From Armatimonadota bacterium (GTDB lineage Bacteria; Bacillota; Desulfotomaculia; Desulfotomaculales; Nap2-2B), in the NCBI GenBank assembly GCA_023511535.1, contig JAIMBK010000007.1, forward strand, positions 3,866 to 67,865: a DNA stretch of 64,000 bases, read 5' to 3'. The notes under the pieces are model-generated. The model saw nothing but the letters and a program-made list of their open reading frames with translations. It was not told the DNA's origin and ran no database searches. Position numbers and translations under genes: made by a program. Below, one piece after another: positions 55,913 to 64,000 of this stretch (position 1 is its first letter; the number at the start of each line of letters is the position of its first letter).

Positions 55913-57241
55913 CTACGCGCTCCAGCGCTGCTTGATGAACGAAGGAATGGCCGAAGATTCCCGCGGCCCCACAATGACTTCCCAGCCGGAGAGCTCCTGC
56001 AACTTACCGCTCAAAACGGCCACGCCGCCCGGGATAATCACCTTCCGGTGCTGCACCTTGTCGGCAATGCCCGAGTTCTTGAGCATGTCGGTAATCTTTT
56101 CCGGTGTGAACTTGCCGGCGGCCCAGCCGGTTAATACGGAGATGCCGTCCGTGTCGACGGGCAGGATGTAGCCCGGCACCCGGGAGGCTTCCACGTCGCC
56201 GGCCACGCAGAAATAGGTCAGCGAGAAGTTGGTGGTTACGTAGACGGGCGAGTCGGCGCCGGGAGTACCGATCTCGTAAATCTTGGATTCCACGGCAATG
56301 GGCTTTTGCGGGTCCGTGTAAATGTTTAAACGCAAAGTAATCAAAGGCAGGATATCGGCCGGATCGGCGGTGGGCAAAACCACGATGCCGGCGTACTTGG
56401 CAATGTACAGCCCGGCGTCCACCACTGCCTGGATGGGATCCTCGTTCACGGCGTAAGTGATGGTCGGGTAGCCGAAAGGCCGGAAGCGTTTTAAGGCCTG
56501 GCGGCGGATCTGCGTCTGGTCGGCCAGCACTTTATTTGCTTCCCGCGCTCCGGAATCCAGGATCAACTGCCTGTGCCCGAGGGCCACAACTTTTTCCACC
56601 AGTTCGGCCAGTTCATTAAGGTTGCTACCTTTGACTACCAGTGGTACCTCGTACTTTTTCGCCAGGTTGGTCATTGCTTCGTAATTGGCGGCCGTGGCCG
56701 AAGCTACCAGTGGTTTTTTCGCTGCTACAGCCGCCAGCGCTTTTTCTGCCGCAGCCGGGTCTTCGCTCATCAAAATCAGTGGAAAATCGGTAACGCCGGC
56801 GGCCGTTTGCGCCGCTTCGGCAAATTTGGCGGCATCCCCGGAGGCGTTCTGCAGGGCCACCAGGTTTACGTTGTGCACCTGGCCAACGCGGTCGAAAACG
56901 AGCCTGTTGATCTGGGCCACTTTCGCCGCCACGTCTTCCGTGTCCGCCACGGAAACGGCGATCCCCGTGGGATGTTCGAACCGCTTATCGTGGCGGAACA
57001 GCACCATTTCGTTGCCCAGCTGCAATTCACGGCTGCCCGTCCCGATCTTGACCAGGGCGATGGGCGGCGCCGAGGCGGCGTCGAGCGCTTCCCTGGCCGC
57101 CTGGCTGACGTGCGGGCACTGGTCCAGGCTGGCCTTCCCGCTGGCCAGAGCCATGGCAAAGGCCAGGCAGGTGGGGTGGCCGCAATCCTTGCAGTTTGTT
57201 TTGGGGAGCTGTTTAAAAATTTCCAAACCGGTTAAACCCAT
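55913..57241 (-). CDS. acsC: Corrinoid Fe-S protein large subunit
   Basis: LPKTNCKDCGHPTCLAFA, IYTDPQKP, TTNFSLTY, SVLTGWAAGKF. Confidence 0.96.
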   Translation of the reverse strand: MGLTGLEIFKQLPKTNCKDCGHPTCLAFAMALASGKASLDQCPHVSQAAREALDAASAPPIALVKIGTGSRELQLGNEMVLFRHDKRFEHPTGIAVSVADTEDVAAKVAQINRLVFDRVGQVHNVNLVALQNASGDAAKFAEAAQTAAGVTDFPLILMSEDPAAAEKALAAVAAKKPLVASATAANYEAMTNLAKKYEVPLVVKGSNLNELAELVEKVVALGHRQLILDSGAREANKVLADQTQIRRQALKRFRPFGYPTITYAVNEDPIQAVVDAGLYIAKYAGIVVLPTADPADILPLITLRLNIYTDPQKPIAVESKIYEIGTPGADSPVYVTTNFSLTYFCVAGDVEASRVPGYILPVDTDGISVLTGWAAGKFTPEKITDMLKNSGIADKVQHRKVIIPGGVAVLSGKLQELSGWEVIVGPRESSAIPSFIKQRWSA

Positions 57242-57287
57242 TTCTCCTGCTCCTTTCTCCAAAGTTTTCTTTATGCTTTACCATATC

Positions 57288-57321
57288 CGGAGGACACCTG
57301 TTTTTTGAACAGATGTCCTCC
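57288..57321. terminator. Stem-loop upstream of acsC
   Basis: ggaggacacctgtt-tttg-aacagatgtcctcc. Confidence 0.5.
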
Positions 57322-57338
57322 TCCCAAACGGGCTCTTT

Positions 57339-57598
57339 GCTTGGCTGTTCGTTTGCCGTCGCTCCGATGCTCCGGGCCGACGAGACATCGGCTTGGTTCG
57401 GAGCGAACCAGGCAGCGCTGCAAAATGCGCGTGGTACATTAGTTTTCTTTCCTTGATAAATCCTACCAGCGGTTACTGTCGGTTTTCTACCACGATGTTA
57501 CCTGCGCGTTTCGCGCTGCCGGTTCGCTAACCTCACCTGCGCCGTGTCTCGTTGCCGGCCCTACGCATATGTCGCTCCTTGCAAACGAACAGCCAAGC
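57339..57598. repeat. About 260-nt long imperfect palindromic element (MITE/REP-like or structured RNA)
   Basis: 18-bp perfect terminal inverted repeats gcttggctgttcgtttgc/gcaaacgaacagccaagc plus nested complementary blocks. Confidence 0.75.
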
Positions 57599-57646
57599 CG
57601 AAAATTTTCCGTTTCTCCACGGAGAGAACACAAGCTCACTAGAGCA

Positions 57647-59848
57647 CTACATCAACGGATCCATGGTCAGCGCCGGGTGCCCTTTTTCCTCCAGGAAAGG
57701 CAGGATCTCCTCGCCGGTGACGCCGACGGTCTCGTCCGCGATCTTGTCGACGAAGTCCTTCCCCAGGCCCCAGTACTGCTCGGCGGCTTCTTCCAGCATG
57801 GGCCGCAGCTGCTCTTTCAAGGCTTTGGGCATCCAGACTACCCGCCCTAAGCCGCCGTCGGCCGGGACGAACTTCCGGGAGCCCAGGTACGATTTCCCGA
57901 TCCCCATGAAACCGGGCATTTGCGCGCCGCCGCCGATCATGCCGGCCATGGTGGAGAAGGTCATGCCCGAGGGGGTCATCCCCGGGTGCTCCCGGTTGAC
58001 TACCATAAAGCCGTTGCATTCCGGCACCATGGTCAGGATGCACTCGAAGCAGCCGCAGGAGGTCATCGGGTACTCCATAATCGTGTAGAAGTTGACCCTT
58101 TCGATGGTGCGCTGCGAATTCTTGTAAGTAAATTCGTTGAAGGCTTCCCACTGCCCCTTAACCTCGTCGATCACGCCTTCCTTCGGGATCGGCTGGTTCA
58201 CGCCGTGCGGGTTAATCTCATAGGCCGCCTTGGCATCCAGCCAGCTCACCGCGCCGCACAGGCCCACCCGCTCGGGGGCGATGACGCAGACGTGCGTGGG
58301 CGCAAAGGACTGGCAGAGCAGGCAGGAATAGAAGGTGTCGATGGTTTCGTCCCGCAGCTCTTTTAAGCGGTCGTCGCGCTTCTTGTAGTACTGGCGGGCC
58401 AGTTCCCGCATTTCCAGGACTTTTTGTTCGTCCGTATAAATGGTCACCTGGATGCGGTCGACCACGGCGGCGAACTCCGCCTTAAATTTGGCGTAGAGGA
58501 TGTTCCCGATATGTTTTAAGCGGAAGCCCTTCGCAAAGGCCTCCTTGCTGATCCGCACCCACATGATGTCCCGCTGGGCCACGTGCCAGAGGCCCTCGCC
58601 GTAGTTCGTAAAGTAGTGGATGCGGCGCTCTAAAACGGGTTCAAAGTCTTCCTGCATCTTGCGGCCGTAAACGTCCACCACGATCCCGAGAGGCATGGCG
58701 TTGCCCACTTCGACGGTGTCGATGTCGGGGCCGACGACTTCCACTTTCCCGTCTTCCACTTCGTCTGCCCCGACCATGCGGACCAGTTCGAAGCCGGGCG
58801 TCCGGGTGCCGCCGAACTCCACGTACATATCTTTTTTGCGGATGCTCTCGCCCTCGAAGGCCGGGCCGACGGTGATGGGTGCGTCGATTTCCACCGCGGT
58901 AATCTTGATTTCGCGAAGCTCCAGACCGAGCTGGATGGCCTTATCGAGATCCGGTTCGTAAACAAACCAGTCTTTAATCTGCTCGTCTTCCGCCAGCGGC
59001 TGGTCGGTGATGATGGGAATGCCGATATTAATCGCCCCCAGGCAGGCGGCCGTTTTCACCATGTCGTGTTCGCCTAAATAGAGCACGAAGGCCCGGATCC
59101 GCCGGCGCTGGTAGTCGCGCTGGGCGTCCCTTTGCCCGGCGGGAATGCCGCCGAACATCATGCCGGCGCGCAGGGCGTAGTTGGCGCAATGCACCACCTG
59201 GGTAAAGTTCCCCAGCGGGTAGGCGATCATGTCAACGCCCAGCTTTACGCCTTCGTCCAGGAGCTGCTCAATTACTTCGTCGCACAGGAAAAGCATGAAC
59301 CCCATGCCCATCAATTTGTTCACGGCTTTGGCCAGCTCTTTGGGATCTCTGGCCCGGCCGATAATCAGAACCTCGCCCGGGATGGTCCAGTCCACCATCT
59401 TGGTCCCGTACTGGCGGACGATCGGGTCGCCCAGAAAGCCCGTCCAGGGAGGGGTGTGCAGCGGGTTTTCCGGCGTGTTCCGCAGGTAGCGGATCGCCTC
59501 GATAATGTCGGCGGCGTACCAGGTGGCTTCCCCCCACTGCCGGGCGTTTTCGAAAGTCTTCGCTTCTTTCATGGCGGCACGCTGCCGGTTCAAGGGGGCC
59601 ACGCAGTCCCCCAGGGTGCGGATCTCTTCGCCGCTCAAGCAACGGATCACCGGCAAATGGTAGGCGGTATCGGGGTAGCCGACCGGGTGATCCTTGCCGT
59701 ACCGGCGGATGGCCTGGTTAAGCAGGATTTCGGCGTAGCTGACGGCGGTGACGGCACCTTCGTAAGCTTCCTTAAAAAGCTTTTTGGGTTCCTTACCCGG
59801 CTCAATCGCACCTTCAAAGATTTTATCGAAATTAATGGCTTCGGCCAT
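57647..59848 (-). CDS. acsB: Acetyl-CoA synthase subunit
   Basis: YPDTAY, VDWTIPG, FYSCLLCQSFAP.HVC, LCGAVSW, PMTSCGCFE. Confidence 0.97.
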   Translation of the reverse strand: MAEAINFDKIFEGAIEPGKEPKKLFKEAYEGAVTAVSYAEILLNQAIRRYGKDHPVGYPDTAYHLPVIRCLSGEEIRTLGDCVAPLNRQRAAMKEAKTFENARQWGEATWYAADIIEAIRYLRNTPENPLHTPPWTGFLGDPIVRQYGTKMVDWTIPGEVLIIGRARDPKELAKAVNKLMGMGFMLFLCDEVIEQLLDEGVKLGVDMIAYPLGNFTQVVHCANYALRAGMMFGGIPAGQRDAQRDYQRRRIRAFVLYLGEHDMVKTAACLGAINIGIPIITDQPLAEDEQIKDWFVYEPDLDKAIQLGLELREIKITAVEIDAPITVGPAFEGESIRKKDMYVEFGGTRTPGFELVRMVGADEVEDGKVEVVGPDIDTVEVGNAMPLGIVVDVYGRKMQEDFEPVLERRIHYFTNYGEGLWHVAQRDIMWVRISKEAFAKGFRLKHIGNILYAKFKAEFAAVVDRIQVTIYTDEQKVLEMRELARQYYKKRDDRLKELRDETIDTFYSCLLCQSFAPTHVCVIAPERVGLCGAVSWLDAKAAYEINPHGVNQPIPKEGVIDEVKGQWEAFNEFTYKNSQRTIERVNFYTIMEYPMTSCGCFECILTMVPECNGFMVVNREHPGMTPSGMTFSTMAGMIGGGAQMPGFMGIGKSYLGSRKFVPADGGLGRVVWMPKALKEQLRPMLEEAAEQYWGLGKDFVDKIADETVGVTGEEILPFLEEKGHPALTMDPLM

Positions 59849-59878
59849 TTGGATCCTCCTTTCAGGCACTCTTCGCGT

Positions 59879-61906
59879 CTACCAGTTCTGGCAGAGGGCG
59901 GTCTCCAGGTCTTCGGCCACCCGCTTGTGCACGCGCAGCTTCCAGGTCCGGTATTCCAGAGCGTTCAAGAGTTTTTTAATGGCCACCTGGATGTCCGGCT
60001 CCAGAATAAAGTAGCCCCCGTACACGTCGCTGGCGATCTGAGTCAGGATACTGTAAATAAGGTCGCAACCCTCTACCGGCGGCATGGTCCCGACGTGGGT
60101 GGGGAAGCCGATGGTCACGCACCAGGTGCCGATGCTGGTGGCCTTGCCGCTCATCGCTTCGGGAGCGGAAGCCACGAAAGGCACTTTCGGCGTGTCTACG
60201 CCGAGGTCGGCGGCCATGAGCATTAAGAGTTCGGCCGCCCGGGAGTTGTCCACGCAGGAGCCGATGTGGAAGACGGGCGGCAGGCCGGATTTCAAGTTGG
60301 CGTTTGCGCTGATGCGCTTATAGAAACTCTTCAAGCCCTCGCCGCAGAATTCCTCGACCCGGTCGGGATCCATCAAGCCGGCCTTGGCGCAGGCCTGGGC
60401 GTGGCAGCCGGTGGAAATGACGAAGACGTCGTTTTTGAGCATCGCCCTGGCGATCTCGATGTGCGCTTCGTCCTGGAAGGTCTTTAAGTTGTTGCAGCCG
60501 GCCATTAAAATAACGCCTTTGAGCTCGCCGGACAGAATGGCGTCGTTAAGCACGCGCACCGGGTTTTCAGGGTTAACCGACTTGAATACTTCAAAAATGG
60601 CCTCCAGACTCCAGCCCGCCACCACCTTGTTTTTCACGTTCGGGATGTGCGTCGGCCGCGCGCCTCTTTCCTTATAGGCTTCGATGGCGTGGCGGATGAC
60701 TTCCCTGGCGTTTTCCATGGCCCTGGCTTCCTGGTAGTCGATGTGGATGGTCCCGGGGTTCTTGACGATATCGGAGGTGTAGATCAGCCTGGTGCCGAAG
60801 CACTGGGCAACGGTGTTCAGGCCCGGCATAATGCACTGGACGTCCACCACCATGGCATCCACTGCGCCGGTGCAGATGGCCAGCTCCTGGGAAGAGAAGG
60901 AAGTAACAATGGGCACCCCCTGGCGCATGAGCACCTCGTTGCCGGTGCAGCAAATGCCGGAAAGCTGAATTCCCTCTGCCCCGGCGGCCTTCGCTTCGCC
61001 TTCCAGCTCGCGGGCGGCGGCCACGATCATCTCGCTCAACAGGGGGTTGTGGCCGTGAACGACGATATTCACCTTTTTAGGGTCCAGCACGCCCATGTTG
61101 GCTTCGCTGAGCACCGGTTGCGGGGTGCCGAAGAGAACGTCGGAAATGTCGGTGGCGATCCACTTCCCGGCCAGGTCGGCCAACCCTACCCGGACGGCGC
61201 TGAAGACCAGGTTCACCGGATCGTTGTCCATGCCCACGTGCGCCTGGGTGACCAGGTCGGAAATAACGGCGTGGATGCCGTGGGGCATGACCATGTGGCT
61301 CCTGTACTTTTCAATCCGGTCCGGCACCTGTTTTTTCACGACCCAGGTGGATTCTCCCTCCCCTTTCAAGCGGGCGAAATCTTCCAGGGCCGCATCGGCA
61401 AGCTCTCTGGCCAGGTCGAGGAGTTCCTTCCCCTCGGTTTCAATCCCCAGCTGCCTGCACAAACGAATCAGTTTTTCCGGATCTTTAATGGCGTAATCGG
61501 GGGCGTGCCCTTCGGCCACCATGTGCAAAACGTGCGCCATGTGATTGCCGTGCTGGGCGTGGGAAGCGCAGCCGGTCAAAATCATCAACCCCACGCTGCG
61601 GGCGACGATGGTCCAGGCGTTGGCGCCGCAAATCCCCCGGCTGGCCGGGCCTTCGTCGGCCTTAATCCGGCAGGGCCCCATCATGCAGAAGCGGCAGCAA
61701 ATCCCCCGGTAACCATACTGGCACTGCGGCTGCTGGGCCAGTACCCGGTCAAAAGCGGTAATCACGCCCTGCTCCCTGGCGAAATCGATCATTTCCACCA
61801 CCGCCGGGTCGACCGAACGCTTCAGATCTTTGGGACTTTTCACCCGCTGGGGTTTATTCTGATCGGACGGCCGGCTGGTCAGTTCTGGGTCCCGAAATCT
61901 TGGCAT
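59879..61906 (-). CDS. cooS: Anaerobic Ni-CO dehydrogenase (AcsA/CooS)
   Basis: QPQC...CCRFCMMGPC, VHGHNP, GICCTGNE, GCNN, TGC, GSCVDN. Confidence 0.97.
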   Translation of the reverse strand: MPRFRDPELTSRPSDQNKPQRVKSPKDLKRSVDPAVVEMIDFAREQGVITAFDRVLAQQPQCQYGYRGICCRFCMMGPCRIKADEGPASRGICGANAWTIVARSVGLMILTGCASHAQHGNHMAHVLHMVAEGHAPDYAIKDPEKLIRLCRQLGIETEGKELLDLARELADAALEDFARLKGEGESTWVVKKQVPDRIEKYRSHMVMPHGIHAVISDLVTQAHVGMDNDPVNLVFSAVRVGLADLAGKWIATDISDVLFGTPQPVLSEANMGVLDPKKVNIVVHGHNPLLSEMIVAAARELEGEAKAAGAEGIQLSGICCTGNEVLMRQGVPIVTSFSSQELAICTGAVDAMVVDVQCIMPGLNTVAQCFGTRLIYTSDIVKNPGTIHIDYQEARAMENAREVIRHAIEAYKERGARPTHIPNVKNKVVAGWSLEAIFEVFKSVNPENPVRVLNDAILSGELKGVILMAGCNNLKTFQDEAHIEIARAMLKNDVFVISTGCHAQACAKAGLMDPDRVEEFCGEGLKSFYKRISANANLKSGLPPVFHIGSCVDNSRAAELLMLMAADLGVDTPKVPFVASAPEAMSGKATSIGTWCVTIGFPTHVGTMPPVEGCDLIYSILTQIASDVYGGYFILEPDIQVAIKKLLNALEYRTWKLRVHKRVAEDLETALCQNW

Positions 61907-62183
61907 TACTTTAACCTCCTTGGTTAAATTTTAAGATGACAAAAAACAGCCGACTTTTCTGCTGTCCGGACTTCAGCAGCAGCCAACGACAGCAACATAA
62001 CAACATTTGCCCAGCGGAAAACTTTACCCGGCAACTCGTAGACTGCGTGCACGAAGTATTGGTTGTTTGATTCTGGTTGTTGAACAAATCAAACAACCGG
62101 TTCTTTCGATGGTTATTTTTCTAGTTATGTTGCTTGCCTGGGTATTCAGCGCCGCCTTTTTTGCCGTCAGCAGTCCGCTCCTG

Positions 62184-62969
62184 CTAAACAACCCTCCTCT
62201 CCCTTTCTCCATCACCTGCCTCGCTTAAAATTTTCTCTTTGATCTGCTCAACTTCCGCCGTCAACCCTCTCCCTGCTTCCGCCGCAACCAGTTCCATGGC
62301 GCTTTCCCAAATACTGTCGTCAAATTGAAGAAACCCCAGCACTTCATTCGGCTGGAAATTGCCGGCGATAAACTCTTTTTCCCTTTCCGAACGGATTTTA
62401 TTCCCCACGACCCGGATTTTTTTAATGCCCAGGTCGGCCGACATCTGCTTAACGTGGCGGGCGGTGTTCACACTGTTCCGGCTGGGCTCCACCACCACCA
62501 GCATCAAATCCACCCCTCTGGCGGTGCCGCGGGAGAGGTGCTCAATGCCCGCCCCCATATCCATCACGACCACTTCATCCTGGTCTAAAAGCAGGGTGGA
62601 AACCAGGGCGTGCAGGAAGGTATTTTCCCGGCAGTAACATTCGGAACCGCCCTTTTTGACTTCCCCCATGCGCAAAAAGCGGATGTTCCCCAGGTGGTAG
62701 GAGTAGTCCTCCAGAACGTCATCCACCTTGGGATTAAGCACGTAAAAAGCCCCGCTGCCGCTTCTGGCGCGGATTAATTCCCTCATTTCGACAACCGGCC
62801 TGATCTGCAAAGCCGCCTCTTCGGGAATGCCCAGCGCGGCGGCCAGACAGGCGTCGGGGTCTCCGTCGATGGCGTAAACCAGCCGGTGGGTGCGGGCAAA
62901 AGACTTTACCAGGGCAGCGGCAATGGTTGTTTTGCCTACTCCGCCCTTGCCGGAAATGGCCAGTTTCAT
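62184..62969 (-). CDS. cooC: CooC nickel-insertion ATPase
   Basis: ATG 62969 after GAGGTGAGG; SGKGGVGKT, DGDPD, GSECYC, DMGAGIEHLSRG. Confidence 0.93.
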   Translation of the reverse strand: MKLAISGKGGVGKTTIAAALVKSFARTHRLVYAIDGDPDACLAAALGIPEEAALQIRPVVEMRELIRARSGSGAFYVLNPKVDDVLEDYSYHLGNIRFLRMGEVKKGGSECYCRENTFLHALVSTLLLDQDEVVVMDMGAGIEHLSRGTARGVDLMLVVVEPSRNSVNTARHVKQMSADLGIKKIRVVGNKIRSEREKEFIAGNFQPNEVLGFLQFDDSIWESAMELVAAEAGRGLTAEVEQIKEKILSEAGDGERERRVV

Positions 62970-63111
62970 TTCCTCACCTCTAAGTTTTTTTCGCCATCCC
63001 AGCAAAAATTCCTGCTTAGAAATTGAAAAGCTTTTAGAATCCGATTTCGACAAAGGAAAGAAAAATCCTCCCCCGAAAAGCGAGAAAATAAAATTTTTAT
63101 GAACATAAGAA

Positions 63112-63133
63112 AAAAATCGGCACTGCCGATTTT
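63112..63133. terminator. Terminator-like hairpin after the phasin-like gene
   Basis: aaaaaatcggca-c-tgccgatttttt. Confidence 0.7.
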
Positions 63134-63149
63134 TTGCCGGTGCTTTGGT

Positions 63150-63482
63150 CTACCCCTGTTGCGGCGGTGGCTCCTCAGCCCGCCCGGCCTGTCCCAGTTG
63201 GGCTTCCAGACGGCTGATTCTTTCTTCCAGAGCCTGGTATTCCTGTTTGGTCACAAGCCCAATCTCTTCGCGGAACCTGTTGATCTCGTTTCTGACGGCC
63301 CGGGCCAAAGCCGCCCTTTCCTGTTCCCCTTTTTCCAGCAGGTCGTGAAATACGCCTCTAGCTTCTTCGGCACTGACCTGCCCCTTTTCGACCAGCTCCT
63401 TGACGATCTGCTCCGCCTTTTCCCGGGTCAGGGAAAACACACCAATCCCGGCCAGGGCCAGTTTCCTCAGGGCGTCCTTCAT
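63150..63482 (-). CDS. Phasin/PhaF-like (polyhydroxyalkanoate granule-associated) family protein
   Basis: LAGIG...TREKAEQIVKELVEKGQVS...VTKQEYQALEERISRLE. Confidence 0.8.
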   Translation of the reverse strand: MKDALRKLALAGIGVFSLTREKAEQIVKELVEKGQVSAEEARGVFHDLLEKGEQERAALARAVRNEINRFREEIGLVTKQEYQALEERISRLEAQLGQAGRAEEPPPQQG

Positions 63483-64000
63483 GGAAAAACCCCCCTTTCC
63501 CTTGCAACCTGTAATAAGTATAGCATAACCTGAAGATTATTCTATCATGCTTTTATCAAAAAGGGAATCGGGAATGGCGAAAAGATCGGTCCCGAAGTTT
63601 CCCAGGTCCAAAGCAAAACACATTTTATTTGCGCTCCTGTCCCTTTGTACCTCCATACCATATCTGGAAAATAGATTTTCTTTACTTTTTGAAGCAAACG
63701 AAGGTTTCCATGGACAGCTCACTTAAAATTTTAATCCCCTTAAACGTATATTAACGTAGAAGTTTTGCGCATAATATTAATACTCCGCTTTGGTGAGTTC
63801 TATCTCTCCCCGTCCAGCGACGAGCTGGACTCTTTTTTTGCCCCCTTTATTTGGCTTTTCTTTGAGTTCCTTTTTTTAAGCCTTGACCGGCAGCTTAATT
63901 TGCGTTATGCTATCTACGAAAAGCTATTTTTAACTAATGTTCATAACCAGATTTGCAAAAGCCCTGTCCTTACTGGTCTTACCCGAATGATAAAATCCCG

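Noticed and set aside
1-64000. Numerous long antisense or alternate-frame ORFs (e.g. 3274..4134, 8161..8976, 20579..21826, 59132..60226, 60647..61927)
   Set aside because: They lie opposite well-supported genes, have no recognisable motifs, and are expected shadows in GC-rich coding DNA
1-64000. CRISPR array, tRNA, rRNA, integrase or transposase
   Set aside because: No regularly spaced repeat-spacer array, cloverleaf or recombinase/transposase motif was seen by eye
63537-64000. ORF 63537..63722 and the hairpin at about 63811-63840 as a gene or riboswitch
   Set aside because: No family motif in the ORF; the hairpin plus T run looks like a plain terminator and matches no riboswitch consensus I recognise

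Overview
A 64-kb window from a strictly anaerobic, moderately GC-rich bacterium. Gene content, SLH domains, sigma-A promoters and PhoP/Fur-type boxes suggest a monoderm Firmicute, probably Peptococcaceae/Desulfotomaculaceae-like (inference). Right half (35-63 kb): energy metabolism. One minus-strand gene run covers Wood-Ljungdahl genes (cooC, cooS, acsB, acsC, acsF/cooC, acsD, acsE), then hdrA-hdrC-hdrB, flxDCBA (flxD is a selenoprotein), a GltD-containing hdrA (hdrL), mvhD, metV and metF. It converges on a second hdrCBA. Middle (26.8-35 kb): a cluster of NifB/NifX, MinD-4Fe4S ATPase and DUF5320 genes with a sigma-54 activator. Left (0-26.8 kb): an apparent Fur regulon with feoAAB, a surface-anchored CbiX-(FmdE-like)x2-SLH protein, an Fe-chelate/cobalamin-type ABC transporter with two paralogous unknown proteins, and a type IV pilus/T2SS-like operon, interrupted by a vapBC module and a PhoP-box alkaline phosphatase. 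Best candidate for an undescribed system: the pilus operon. It has two Fur-boxed promoters, a c-di-GMP-I riboswitch with a C92U-type variant, repeated GCGGG-loop hairpins, an O-antigen-ligase/double-GspG pilin fusion, and an embedded exported FmdE-like protein that shares its domain with the surface chelatase. Together these suggest a pilus-coupled metal/tetrapyrrole acquisition system. All family assignments come from motif recognition by eye; no database searches were run.
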